Assembly: GCA_003140935.1 (NCBI GenBank)
Contig: PLLJ01000045.1
Coordinates: 2,767 to 66,766 of the forward strand
Length of the DNA stretch: 64,000 nt
Source: Candidatus Omnitrophota bacterium
Lineage (GTDB): Bacteria; Omnitrophota; Omnitrophia; Omnitrophales; Aquincolibacteriaceae
Reading direction: 5' to 3'
Every line of letters starts with the position of its first letter. Positions within the stretch are counted from its first letter, which is position 1. The position numbers were made by a program, and so were the translations under genes. The notes under the pieces were generated by a model. The model saw nothing but the letters and a program-made list of their open reading frames with translations. It made no database searches and was not told where the DNA came from. Positions 1 through 9,811 of this stretch are shown one piece after another.

Positions 1-2033
1 AGCTGTTCGAACCCCCGGATCTTTTCCACGCTCCCAAGCTCCTCCTGGGATACCGGACGGCCTTTTGCTTTAAGAAAATGGTTGTAGAGGATCTTATAAA
101 GGAATGTGCTTTTCCCGGAACCGGAGACGCCCGTCAGGACCGTGAATTTTCCGATCGGGATCTCCACATGGATATTTTTCAGATTGTGCGCCTTCGCGTT
201 CCGGACCACGATCTTATGTTTTGCCGGGGCCGTCCTGCGGGCCTTCCGCTCGATCCCGCGCTTTCCGGCCAGGTATTCCCCGGTGACCGATCCCGGATGA
301 CGTTTGAGTTCTTCCACGCTTCCTTGGAAAATAAGTTCCCCGCCTTTGGCGCCTCCCTGGGGCCCGAGATCGATCACGCAATCCGCGGCGCCGATCATGG
401 TCCGGTCATGCTCCACGACCACGACCGTGTTCCCAAGATCGCGAAGCTTTTGCAGGAGCACGATCAGCATCTGATTATCGCGCTCATGAAGGCCGATGCT
501 GGGCTCATCTAGCACGTAAAGGGTATCCACCAGGGCCGACCCCAGAGAACTGGCCAGATGGATGCGCTCCACCTCGCCGCCCGAAAGCGTGCGCGACGTA
601 CGGTCCAGCGTGAGATACCCGAGCCCGACGTCCTTGAGGAACCGCGTGCGGCTGAGAAGCTCCGCCCAAACAGGTTCCACCTTTTCTTTTTCCTCCGGGG
701 TCAGGGGCAACGTCTCGAGAAATCGAAGCAGCTCTTCGATGCCCAAGGCCTGGACCTCGGCGATGTTCTTTCCGCCGATCCAAAAATCCAGCGCTTCTGT
801 TTTGAGGCGCGTCATCCGGCAAGTCCCGCAGGGTGCGTAACCGCGGTAGCGGTTGAGAAAGATCCGTACGTGCATCTTGTAGGTCCTTTTGTTCATGTAC
901 TCAAAGAACTCCCGGACGCTTACGAAGTCGTCGCCGGGATAGCCCTCGAGGATCCACTTGCGGTACCGGGGCTTGAGCTTCACCCATGGTATGCGGATCG
1001 GAATGCGCTTGCGCTGGCAGAAATCGAGGAACTGCCCTTGTTCCCAGCGGGTGCTGGCCTTGGTCCAGGGTTCGATGGCCCCCTCACGGATCGATTTGGA
1101 TCCGTCCGGAACGACAAGATCCGGATCAACCGTAATGACACGGCCGAATCCCTGGCAGGACGGACAGGCGCCGAGAGGACTGTTGAAAGAAAAAAGGTTC
1201 GGGGACGGTTCCAGGAATGACCGCCCGCACGAAAAGCACCTGGGTTTTTCCGAAAATTTCAGGATCTTGCCCGCAACCCACACCTGGGCTTCGCCGCGTC
1301 CCAGGCGGAAGGCCTGTTCCAGAGAATCGGTGAGCCGCTCTTGACCGGAGAGGTCGATCTTCAAAAGATCCACGCTTACCAAGAGCTCGCTTAAAACGGC
1401 CTTTTTTTCGATCAGAGCCGCCGCGTCGAGCCATTCACCGCCGTTCCGCCAGACAGCGTCGGCGGATCCGTCCAATGCATTATGGCGGACATGAAAAAAT
1501 CCGCTGAAACCCTGCCGCTCCAGTTCTTCCAGATTTTCACGCAAATATTTCGGGCTCTTTTTCCCAAGCGTCACTTGAAAAGCAACGCGTGCTTCCTGGC
1601 CCATGAACTCCGCGACGAGAGTCGTTGCCACTTTACGAGGATCGTATTTTTCAACGGGAACGTGACACGCCGGACACCGCAAACGCCCCGCGCGCGCAAA
1701 AAGGACCCGCAAGTGATCGTTGATCTCGGTCTGAGTCCCGACCGTCGAACGGGCGTTGGTGATGGTATTTTTCGCTTGGATGGCCAGGGCCGGAGGAACG
1801 CCTGAGGCGGACTCCAGGTCGGGTTTGGCCATCCGTTCGAGGAATTGACGCGCGTAAGCGGAAACAGATTCGATATAGCGGCGCTGGCCTTCGGCATAGA
1901 GCGTGTCGAAAGCCAGGGAAGATTTCCCGGAGCCGGAGACACCGGTGATGACGTAGAGTTTCCGGTGCGGGAGTTTAAGATCGAGGTTCTTTAAATTGTG
2001 GGTTCTGACCCCACGGAGCTGGATCGCATCCAA
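1..2033 (-). CDS. uvrA: excinuclease ABC subunit A (UvrA); C-terminal part lies beyond the left window edge
   Basis: Absent from the ORF track because the frame has no stop inside the window. My minus-strand translation reads LDAIQLRGVRTHNLKNLDLKLPHRKLYVITGVSGSGKSSLAFDTLYAEGQRRYIESVSAYARQF ... CPSCQGFGRV ... LYVLDEPSIGLHERDN ... FTVLTGVSGSGKST. That gives two Walker A boxes, Cys-pair zinc modules and the ABC signature context of UvrA. There is no in-frame ATG near the N-terminus. TTG at 2033-2031 is the likeliest start, but this is uncertain. Confidence 0.9.
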   Translation of the reverse strand, partial: MDAIQLRGVRTHNLKNLDLKLPHRKLYVITGVSGSGKSSLAFDTLYAEGQRRYIESVSAYARQFLERMAKPDLESASGVPPALAIQAKNTITNARSTVGTQTEINDHLRVLFARAGRLRCPACHVPVEKYDPRKVATTLVAEFMGQEARVAFQVTLGKKSPKYLRENLEELERQGFSGFFHVRHNALDGSADAVWRNGGEWLDAAALIEKKAVLSELLVSVDLLKIDLSGQERLTDSLEQAFRLGRGEAQVWVAGKILKFSEKPRCFSCGRSFLEPSPNLFSFNSPLGACPSCQGFGRVITVDPDLVVPDGSKSIREGAIEPWTKASTRWEQGQFLDFCQRKRIPIRIPWVKLKPRYRKWILEGYPGDDFVSVREFFEYMNKRTYKMHVRIFLNRYRGYAPCGTCRMTRLKTEALDFWIGGKNIAEVQALGIEELLRFLETLPLTPEEKEKVEPVWAELLSRTRFLKDVGLGYLTLDRTSRTLSGGEVERIHLASSLGSALVDTLYVLDEPSIGLHERDNQMLIVLLQKLRDLGNTVVVVEHDRTMIGAADCVIDLGPQGGAKGGELIFQGSVEELKRHPGSVTGEYLAGKRGIERKARRTAPAKHKIVVRNAKAHNLKNIHVEIPIGKFTVLTGVSGSGKSTFLYKILYNHFLKAKGRPVSQEELGSVEKIRGFEQ

Positions 2034-2040
2034 GGGCGGA

Positions 2041-2433
2041 TCACGACTTGATCTCGCGGCCCAAAGCTTCGCCGATGGCTTCCAGAAGCTTTTTTCCGCC
2101 AAAGACCTTTTGACTTTTGGGATCGATGGAGACCGACGTCGTTTCGCGATCCACGCGCTTGACCACGAACGTGATGACCCTTAGGTCGGAGTCATCGAAA
2201 CGGCTATAATTCATGTCCCGTACGCTGATCAAGCCTTTCTCTTTATCGGTCTCCTCAAGCTGCCAGTTCTCTATGGCAGTGAGAACATCCAGCGTTCGCA
2301 AATAGGTCAGATCGTACGGAAGCTTGTAGACGAACACTTCATCATTGGGCGGAAGGACTTCTCCGACGGTATTACATCCGGCAAGACCCAGCCCCAAGAT
2401 CAGAACGAGTACGAACTTTGAAAAATAATTCAT
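2041..2433 (-). CDS. small lipoprotein, function unknown
   Basis: 130 aa. The N-terminus MNYFSKFVLVLILGLGLAGC has a lipobox (LAGC). It sits 8 nt upstream of the uvrA start region. Confidence 0.6.
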   Translation of the reverse strand: MNYFSKFVLVLILGLGLAGCNTVGEVLPPNDEVFVYKLPYDLTYLRTLDVLTAIENWQLEETDKEKGLISVRDMNYSRFDDSDLRVITFVVKRVDRETTSVSIDPKSQKVFGGKKLLEAIGEALGREIKS

Positions 2434-2443
2434 GGGATGTCTC

Positions 2444-5400
2444 CTAAAATTTTCCGGTCATGCGCACAAACGGCCCATGACTTTTGAAACTATTCGTGTC
2501 ACGAAGGTCATCGCTGAAGTCAGTGAAATTATACCCCACCCCGAGCCGCACGTATTCATAAAATTCACGGTCAACTTCCACCAGGGCGCCTTGCTTCAAG
2601 GTATCCAAGGCATACGACTGCATCAGGATCCGGTACTCAAGCGCCAAGTCCCATTTGCGTGTCACGTGGAAATTGATGCGGTTCGCGGTCAGGAACGTGT
2701 TGACGTCCACCTTGTCGCCCACAGCGGAATTGACCACCGAATGTTTGAAGGCCAATTTCTCGGCCAAACCGAAATAGCGGTTCACGTCATAAGCCACATC
2801 AGTCGCAAGGATATGGGCCTCTTGGTCGAATTGGAAACCGTTGTATTGAGTGTCGTTGTATTGCTGGCTGGCGCCGACGTCCTTCAGAAAAGTGTACCGT
2901 GCCAATAAGTTCAGTTTATCAAGCTTGATGGGTCGGTAGGCAAACCCCGTACTGCCCTCCACAAAGTTCGCGGGAGTATTGGCCGGATCGTATTGACGGG
3001 TATCCCCGTAATTGAAGTAGGAAAGAAAACCCAGATCTTCGGTGATCTGGTAACTGAAAGAGTTGCGCGTGACGATCTGCGCCATTTTGGGGGCATCTTT
3101 ATCGCCGCGCAATTCCCAGTAGGTTCGCGCCCGGAACTTCTTCCCGCTCGCATAGGCGAGGTTGACGCCGGCGGTGTTGAAATCATTAGCGCGGGCAAGT
3201 GAATTCTGGGCCGCCTGATCGATCAGGCGCGTACTGGAATTCTCCAAGTGGCGGCGCTCGTACTTGGCTCCGTAATCCCAATGATCCCCTGCCTTTCCTT
3301 CATAACCCAGAATGTCCGCGAAGCCGTCGCTTCCCTGATAGGAGGAATATTCGCGTTCGGAATACATGCGCGATTTTTCGGTAAGCGCGAACGAATTTCC
3401 GATGGCCGTCGAAAGCGTCTTGTCCCCGATCCCGCGGTCTTCAGAACGGATGTTCGCATAACTCCGGGCGCCGTTCCCGTGCTGGCGCTCAAACCCGAAA
3501 TAGGTCGAATCCCCCAGAGGCCCGACCATTTCTTCCAGATAAGCAAAAAGATTATTCAAGATCTCATAACGCACGCCGCCGCCGAACTGCTGATCGCTCT
3601 TTCCGCCGATCGCGGTCTGGACCTTCACGTAAGGAAGCAGGCGATCGTTGATGTGATAGCCCAGTTTCCCCGTGACGCCGTTCTTAAAGGGGAACTGATT
3701 GGTGAGATCGGGTATCAGGTTCCCGACATCCTGCACCTCATCCAGATTGCGGCGTTGATATTCCAGTTCCGCGAGATATTTCGCGTCGTCATAAATGATC
3801 TGCGCGGTTTGGGTTTCGAGCGACTGGAACGGCTCCTGGGTATTCGTCACATCGAGCGGCATGAGCTGACTGAGGACCTCATTGCGATCGAAACGATAGC
3901 GAACGGACAAATTGTCCGTGAACTTGTACCGTGTGGCTAAGCCGTATTTTTCAAAACCTTCCTGATCCCGCATATAACCGTTCGAAAAACCCGGATTCAC
4001 GCCCTGGACATAACCGCTCGTTTCCAGTTTTTTTACAGGTTCTGAAGAGGCCTTGATGAGATAAGCGTCTTCCTGGGGCCGCGTATGCCTCCCGTTCAAA
4101 GGACCCAGACCCGCGTAGCTGATACCGCCGTCATAAGAGATCTCGGTCCCCGTCTGCTGGTTGATCGTTCTGGCATACTCCGCCGTGACCTTTGTGTTGC
4201 GTCCGAACTTCATCATGGCGTCCACGCCGGCCATGTCATAATCTCCACCGGGCCGGCTTTCCTGGACCCCGGTCGCGCCGATCCTTACGTGATCTCCCAT
4301 CCAGGTGTAGCCGCGTACGCCTTGGTTTGCGATCGAGGGGACCGCGTTGCTAGGGTCGAATTCATAATCGACGATCAAAACGACCGGACTCCCGTCCAGG
4401 ATGTCGGTCGAAGTCATCGTATCGGCCGCGGCCACGGAGGAAAGCGGCCGGGTAAGCATAATGCGGCCTTCGGGGTAATTGATCTCGTAATCCAAGCCCT
4501 CCTGCAGGTCATAACTGGAGACGGTCATATTCTGGATCTTGTCGCGGATCTCGACGCGGATCTTTTCGCTGCCTTCGATGATGTTACGGTTACGCGTGTA
4601 GAAAAGCGAACCGCCCGTGGCATAAAGCTCGTTATGGTCCGCCTGGTGCGAGGATTTTGCGCTAAAGACCTTGAACCCGCGTTTCGGATCGCCGTAGGCC
4701 GTGCTATCCACCGTATCAAAATTGATCTTCAGCCCAGAAAGCGTGCGGTTGTACGTGGCGAGCTCCGTATCCGTGAACTCGGTCTTGAAGCTTCCCCATT
4801 GGGCGTAGGAGCGGTCCATCTCGACCAGCACGTAAAGCTTTTGGGCCGTGTCCTGCGCCTGATAGTCGCGCGTCGAATTGTCCCCATAGATTGGATAATA
4901 GTCGTTCGGATTGAGGTTCGTGAAAAGCCCGTTGCGCTTATCGGCGGTGTCGTACTTGGCCTTCACAAGGAACTTGCCCTTGAGCTTGCCCTTCAAAAAG
5001 AAAGACGCACGCCCTTGTTCGCGGAACCCGTCGCGGTAAACCTCTGAGTCCGCGGCTTCCATCGCGCCGCTCGCCTCGTTCAGGCCCAACTGTTCTTCTC
5101 CCAAGGCCACCATGAAAAAGGTGCTGTCCTTCACCTTGATCTTCTTGTTGAAGCTTGTGGTCTCGCCCTCCGGCGTCGTGGCTGAAATAGCCACTTCATA
5201 TTCACCAGGCTCCACGAAGAATTCTTTCTGGAAGAGACCGCTTTCTCCGTCCACGGTCACGGGAGTATCGTTGATCATGATCTTATTTTTGGGTTGGGTC
5301 TTGCCCTGCACGCGGACCGTGGGCTTCGCCACAAGCGGAATGCTCCGCTGTCCGTCCTTCAAAAGATTGAAATCGCCGACCGGCGGGATCTCGGGATGGT

Positions 5401-7060
5401 AGTTCGGCTTCGCCTTCGGGTCCGATTTGGTCATGACCTCGAAAAATTTAAGCGCCGTCCAGTCTTCGCGGTTCTTCGCGTCGCGGACCTTGAATTGATA
5501 GGAATAGATCCCGGGCTTGATCAAAAGGCCCGACTCCGTGATCCCGGACCAGGTCACTTCCGGAGGCGGATGCCCGACCCCGTAGCCGGTCCATACCGGT
5601 TGCCCCATGGCATCACGGACTTCCAAGGTCCATTTTTTGATGAATTTCCCGTAATTATTATCGAACGTGAATATCGGTTCTTTTTCGAGAACCCCGATCC
5701 CGATCTTCACGACATCCGGAGATATCTGAACATCAAGGGTCGGCTTAGAAACATCCACGCCCTGCGTGACCATCACCGTCAGATCTTTCCGGAAATTCTC
5801 GGGGATCTCGGACGGCGGCAAAAGCACCGCGAAGTTCGCTTTATTCATAATGCCCGGCGTGGTCTTCACGAGGTACGCCTCTTCCGTGATGAATTTCGTT
5901 CCTTCAGGCAGGCTGTGTCCGTCGATCTTGACCACGTGCTGGCCCGGGGTCACGGCGGGGATGTGGTAGAGACCGTTTTCGTCGGTCACGACCGCGATCC
6001 CTTGTTCGGTGTAAAGACGGACGAACGGAACGCCCTCTTCTCCTTTGTCCTGAACGGTGTTCTGGTTGAGGTCGTTAAAAACTTTTCCGATGATCGTTCC
6101 CTGCTCAAAGACAGGATCCCCCTGCACAAAAAACTTTAGGCCCTGCGTCTCAGAGAGCATGCCGGCTCCCACAATGGAAAATTCCATGGAATATTCTTTT
6201 CCGAGCTCGACCCCGCTCGTCACCATCAACACGAAACTTGTGGAAAAAACAGCCCCCGGAGGCAGGGTCCCGACAGGAATGATCACGGAGCCTTCCCGGA
6301 AGCTGGCTTTTTGCCCGTTCACGCGGATCGTCTTTGTGGCAACGTCGAAACCGTGCGGAAGCGTGGCTCTCAGTTCCACGTTCGTTAAAGTGTTCCCGGA
6401 AGCATTGTTGTAACTGGCATTGATCCCCACGGCGTCCCCCGACGACACATTCTGTTTCGAGGCCGATACGTTCAGCTTCGCCGGAGTTACTTCCCCGTTG
6501 GCCAAGTCAAAACAGACACGCCCGGGAGCGCCCCCGAAAGTCCTGAGGACAAAAACGATGCGCTGTGTTCCCTCAGGCGCCGTGCCCTCCGTTGTGAATG
6601 TTTGGTATCCGGCGCCGGGAAAAGCGTTGGCCTGCGTAATAAACACGGAAGGCGCGGTGGTAATCACCGTATCGGAACCGTCGGGATTGATTTTTTTAAA
6701 TTCGATGACAAGCTGCCCGCCCACTCCGCCGAGGTTGGGAATACTTGATTCCGCTAAAGCGCTGAAAGTGGCGTATTGCCCCGGCTTCACGCCATCCAGG
6801 ACTTGAAAAGTGAAATTGCCGGCAGGACTGCTTTGCACGATCGCGAAAATTCCGTCCGGGACATTGGAGAACCCGGGCGGCTTGGATCCTGGAGCATTGG
6901 TAAAACGGGTGGTCCCGTTCGTGTTGTCCCAGTTCCCGCCCGAGCCGTTCCCGATGTCATTTTCAAAACTGGGATTGCCGAGTCTGTTCGCGAAAGCGAG
7001 CGGCGCACCCAAACTCACAAAACAAAGGAGGAAGCAAACGAACGGAAGGAGAGCTTTCAT
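2444..7060 (-). CDS. giant outer-membrane/surface protein (sugar-binding-like N-terminus, Ig-like repeats, C-terminal beta-barrel)
   Basis: I start it at ATG 7060, at the signal peptide MKALLPFVCFLLCFVSLGAPLAFA. The 65 extra codons in the track ORF overlap the upstream gene. NPSFENDIGNGSGGNWDN resembles CBM4/9-type modules. There is a DUF11-like repeat region and an SdrD-B/Cna-B-like segment (GKVFNDLNQNTVQDKGEEGVPFVRLY). The C-terminal half is long and beta-rich and ends in FVRMTGKF, an aromatic terminus typical of BAM substrates. Confidence 0.75.
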   Translation of the reverse strand: MKALLPFVCFLLCFVSLGAPLAFANRLGNPSFENDIGNGSGGNWDNTNGTTRFTNAPGSKPPGFSNVPDGIFAIVQSSPAGNFTFQVLDGVKPGQYATFSALAESSIPNLGGVGGQLVIEFKKINPDGSDTVITTAPSVFITQANAFPGAGYQTFTTEGTAPEGTQRIVFVLRTFGGAPGRVCFDLANGEVTPAKLNVSASKQNVSSGDAVGINASYNNASGNTLTNVELRATLPHGFDVATKTIRVNGQKASFREGSVIIPVGTLPPGAVFSTSFVLMVTSGVELGKEYSMEFSIVGAGMLSETQGLKFFVQGDPVFEQGTIIGKVFNDLNQNTVQDKGEEGVPFVRLYTEQGIAVVTDENGLYHIPAVTPGQHVVKIDGHSLPEGTKFITEEAYLVKTTPGIMNKANFAVLLPPSEIPENFRKDLTVMVTQGVDVSKPTLDVQISPDVVKIGIGVLEKEPIFTFDNNYGKFIKKWTLEVRDAMGQPVWTGYGVGHPPPEVTWSGITESGLLIKPGIYSYQFKVRDAKNREDWTALKFFEVMTKSDPKAKPNYHPEIPPVGDFNLLKDGQRSIPLVAKPTVRVQGKTQPKNKIMINDTPVTVDGESGLFQKEFFVEPGEYEVAISATTPEGETTSFNKKIKVKDSTFFMVALGEEQLGLNEASGAMEAADSEVYRDGFREQGRASFFLKGKLKGKFLVKAKYDTADKRNGLFTNLNPNDYYPIYGDNSTRDYQAQDTAQKLYVLVEMDRSYAQWGSFKTEFTDTELATYNRTLSGLKINFDTVDSTAYGDPKRGFKVFSAKSSHQADHNELYATGGSLFYTRNRNIIEGSEKIRVEIRDKIQNMTVSSYDLQEGLDYEINYPEGRIMLTRPLSSVAAADTMTSTDILDGSPVVLIVDYEFDPSNAVPSIANQGVRGYTWMGDHVRIGATGVQESRPGGDYDMAGVDAMMKFGRNTKVTAEYARTINQQTGTEISYDGGISYAGLGPLNGRHTRPQEDAYLIKASSEPVKKLETSGYVQGVNPGFSNGYMRDQEGFEKYGLATRYKFTDNLSVRYRFDRNEVLSQLMPLDVTNTQEPFQSLETQTAQIIYDDAKYLAELEYQRRNLDEVQDVGNLIPDLTNQFPFKNGVTGKLGYHINDRLLPYVKVQTAIGGKSDQQFGGGVRYEILNNLFAYLEEMVGPLGDSTYFGFERQHGNGARSYANIRSEDRGIGDKTLSTAIGNSFALTEKSRMYSEREYSSYQGSDGFADILGYEGKAGDHWDYGAKYERRHLENSSTRLIDQAAQNSLARANDFNTAGVNLAYASGKKFRARTYWELRGDKDAPKMAQIVTRNSFSYQITEDLGFLSYFNYGDTRQYDPANTPANFVEGSTGFAYRPIKLDKLNLLARYTFLKDVGASQQYNDTQYNGFQFDQEAHILATDVAYDVNRYFGLAEKLAFKHSVVNSAVGDKVDVNTFLTANRINFHVTRKWDLALEYRILMQSYALDTLKQGALVEVDREFYEYVRLGVGYNFTDFSDDLRDTNSFKSHGPFVRMTGKF

Positions 7061-7121
7061 TCTTTCGCCGCTTTTTTGTTTTGTGGAAGATCGAACGTTC
7101 ATAGGCTCCATGTCTTTTTGA

Positions 7122-8945
7122 TTAAAACCGACGGCTCGAGAACTTGACGCCGAAGCGAAGGTCGTAATGGGGAATAAGCGGCGGTTCACCATCTTGTTTG
7201 GCGAACTGGGTCCCGCCCACTCCGACGAATTCGCCGAAGATCGCCGTCTTAGCAAGCCACTCGTTCTCTTTCCACCGTTCGGTCCTGAACGGCATGATCC
7301 TCAGACCTGCGGCGACAAAGTATTGGTTCTGGTAAAAGAACGAAAAGGAGGCATTATTGACGTGCTCGAAGCGCATGTAAGGCATCAAAACAAGTTCGTC
7401 ATTAATGTAGTTTTGCGGCAGCGGGATCCCGGGAAGTTTGATGCCCAGGGTGACTTCTGAGTTAGCAATGAAAGCATTAAAGCTTTTTTCGGAACTGAAA
7501 TTGGTCTTGGAAACGAAATAATTCCCGAAATATTCGCCCCAGACATACTGGTGAAGGTAATCCGAGAAAACCTCGGGTTTCGTCTCGCCAAGCGACGGCG
7601 GTTCTGTGCCCCATTCGTAGTAACACTGAAGACCCCAGACTAGATCGTTGTCACGGCTGTTCGTGATATTGTCCTTGATATTGAATTGATCACCGTACTT
7701 GATATAAAAACGGTAATTCCGCATCCACTCCAGGATCGGGATCCCCCCGAACGGCTGGAAATTCTCAACCCAGGGATTGCGGGCAAGGGGCCGCCATTCC
7801 AAACCTGCCCAAAGCTGTAAATTGCTGGCAAAGTCCGCGGAATCGGACTGCAGGCTGACCGTTTCTTCGATGAAGGGAGAGATATTATCCAGCGGAAAAC
7901 GGATCCCGCTAAAGACCAGGCGATTGGTCCAAAAACCCACCTGCGTGTCGAAGCCTTTGGCCGCGAGGTTGGTCTGGCGCCAAGAGGTCTCGCCGAAGGA
8001 TTGCCACGTGATCGCGGTGCCGCAAGGCGTTCCTTGGAGGACCCCGTACATCTTCTCACCGATGCCCATCTGGTCGGTGAATTTGAGGATGAGTTCTTCT
8101 TCTTTTTTGAATTGTGCGGGCGTTTTGACCTCGATGGGTTTTTCCGCCTCGGGCACATAAACCGGCGCGCTGCGCACGGCCTCGGCGAAATTCCCGCCCC
8201 GCGATTCCACATTCGCTTTACTCGCAATGATCGCGGTCATAGCCTCTTCAGAAGACGCAAACGCCCGGTCCCCGACCCAAAACAGATCCGTGACCTGGCC
8301 CTTCGCGTTGGGGATAGGAAGCTGGCGTATTTCGACCCCTTCGAAATTAGCCGTCTTGAGGTTCTTCTTGATGTAATCGTCGACAGCCTTCACGTCTTTA
8401 AGACCGGAAAGGTGACGGGACTTCACGGCCCCGCCGCCAAAATCCGTCACGATGGAAAATTCGGCGTCCTGCTCACGGGAGTGGCTCTTGAGGACCGGAA
8501 ATCCACGGACCTCGCTCATTTTATGATCGAGCTTTTGCGGGGCCGCGGCAAAAAATTGTTCGGCGAAAAGGTTGGTCGTATGTTCGACCCGGCCTTCAAG
8601 CTGAGAGGCGCGATGGATTCCGGCGGCCGGGGACCGAACGGGTTTTGTTTCTGCGACGGGTGGGGTCATAGGTTGAATCTCAGCCCCAGAAGAAGCCGCG
8701 GGTTGGACCTGAGCCGCAAGCGGGGGGACTTGCTCTGTGGTCACGGCCGGGACCGGGGCAGGTTTTGTTTCCGCGGCAGGTGGAGCAGCAGGTTGGGCCG
8801 CGGGTTGGGCCGCGGGTTGGGCTTCGGCCGTAGAAACGGCCGCGGGTTCTATTTCAACAACGGGAGTTTTTTCTTCGGCAAAAGATGGGAAAGCTGCGGA
8901 TAGAAAAAAAGCAATGAAGAATATTAAAAAGTTTTTAATTCTCAT
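7122..8945 (-). CDS. outer-membrane beta-barrel protein with Pro/Ala-rich N-terminal linker
   Basis: Signal peptide MRIKNFLIFFIAFFLSAAFPSFA (ATG 8945; alternative upstream ATG 8984). It has AQPAAQPAAQPAAPPAA low-complexity repeats. The C-terminus is beta-rich and ends in RFGVKFSSRRF. Confidence 0.65.
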   Translation of the reverse strand: MRIKNFLIFFIAFFLSAAFPSFAEEKTPVVEIEPAAVSTAEAQPAAQPAAQPAAPPAAETKPAPVPAVTTEQVPPLAAQVQPAASSGAEIQPMTPPVAETKPVRSPAAGIHRASQLEGRVEHTTNLFAEQFFAAAPQKLDHKMSEVRGFPVLKSHSREQDAEFSIVTDFGGGAVKSRHLSGLKDVKAVDDYIKKNLKTANFEGVEIRQLPIPNAKGQVTDLFWVGDRAFASSEEAMTAIIASKANVESRGGNFAEAVRSAPVYVPEAEKPIEVKTPAQFKKEEELILKFTDQMGIGEKMYGVLQGTPCGTAITWQSFGETSWRQTNLAAKGFDTQVGFWTNRLVFSGIRFPLDNISPFIEETVSLQSDSADFASNLQLWAGLEWRPLARNPWVENFQPFGGIPILEWMRNYRFYIKYGDQFNIKDNITNSRDNDLVWGLQCYYEWGTEPPSLGETKPEVFSDYLHQYVWGEYFGNYFVSKTNFSSEKSFNAFIANSEVTLGIKLPGIPLPQNYINDELVLMPYMRFEHVNNASFSFFYQNQYFVAAGLRIMPFRTERWKENEWLAKTAIFGEFVGVGGTQFAKQDGEPPLIPHYDLRFGVKFSSRRF

Positions 8946-9007
8946 CGCCAATAAGTTTTTTCTTTTCGTTGTAACGCATTGCAAAACTTAGGGTAAGGAA
9001 CTGCCGC

Positions 9008-9811
9008 TTACGCTATGCCCAGCACCTGAGGCATATGATAAAGACCCTGCTTCTTTTTCGCAAGAAATTTTGCCGCCAAAAGCGCCCCGCGGGCAAAAGC
9101 TTCGCGCGAGGAAGCCTTGTGGACCAGTTCGATCCGTTCTCCGTCCCCGAAAAAAGATACCGTGTGGTCCCCGACCACGTCCCCGCCCCGGAGCGCGAGC
9201 ACCCCGATCTTGCCTTTTTCACGAACACCGGTCTCGCCTTTGCGCCCGTAAACCACATCCTTATTCATGTCACGGCCCCTGGCCCCAAGCAGGACCTCCA
9301 GGAGCTTCATGGCGGTACCGCTCGGCGCGTCCTTCTTCATCCGGTGATGGATCTCCATGATCTCAAGATCGTAGCTTTCATCCAGCGCTTTTCCCGCGAT
9401 CGCGGCCAGCTTGAAAAGCAGGTTCACGCCCACGCTCATGTTGGGAGATTGCACGATCGGGATCTTACGGGAAGCTGCCTGGATCTGCCGGAGCATGGGA
9501 GCCGGGATCCCCGTAGTCCCGATCACACACGCCGTGTGCGTTTTAAGAGCGGCTTTGAGATTCTCCCGAAGCGCCGAAAAATGGCTGAAATCGATCAGAA
9601 CATCCGCATGTTTCATCGCGGCAGTCGCGTCCTGGGTGATCTTCACGCCCATGAGGTCCCCACCGAGCACCGGCCCGAGGTCCTGGCCCAAAGCGGCATG
9701 CCCGCGTTCTTCAAGCCCGCCCACGATCTTGAAAGCTTTGTCCCGGCTCGCCAGCTGAAGGATGGTCTTTCCCATCCGTCCCGCAGCGCCTGCCATGACG
9801 AGCTTGATCAT
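9008..9811 (-). CDS. dapB: 4-hydroxy-tetrahydrodipicolinate reductase
   Basis: N-terminal NAD fold VMAGAAGRMGK and the EIHHRMKKDAPSGTA signature. 267 aa. Overlaps dapA by 4 nt. Confidence 0.9.
   Translation of the reverse strand: MIKLVMAGAAGRMGKTILQLASRDKAFKIVGGLEERGHAALGQDLGPVLGGDLMGVKITQDATAAMKHADVLIDFSHFSALRENLKAALKTHTACVIGTTGIPAPMLRQIQAASRKIPIVQSPNMSVGVNLLFKLAAIAGKALDESYDLEIMEIHHRMKKDAPSGTAMKLLEVLLGARGRDMNKDVVYGRKGETGVREKGKIGVLALRGGDVVGDHTVSFFGDGERIELVHKASSREAFARGALLAAKFLAKKKQGLYHMPQVLGIA

Noticed and set aside
7061-7255. 5' extensions of track ORFs: 2444-7255, 12938-14581, 19892-20707, 27144-28151, 29492-30280, 37453-38037, 40831-41766 and 51763-52644.
   Set aside because: The extensions overlap upstream genes or translate intergenic repeat modules. 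Internal ATGs give proper signal peptides or canonical family N-termini, often with a Shine-Dalgarno sequence.
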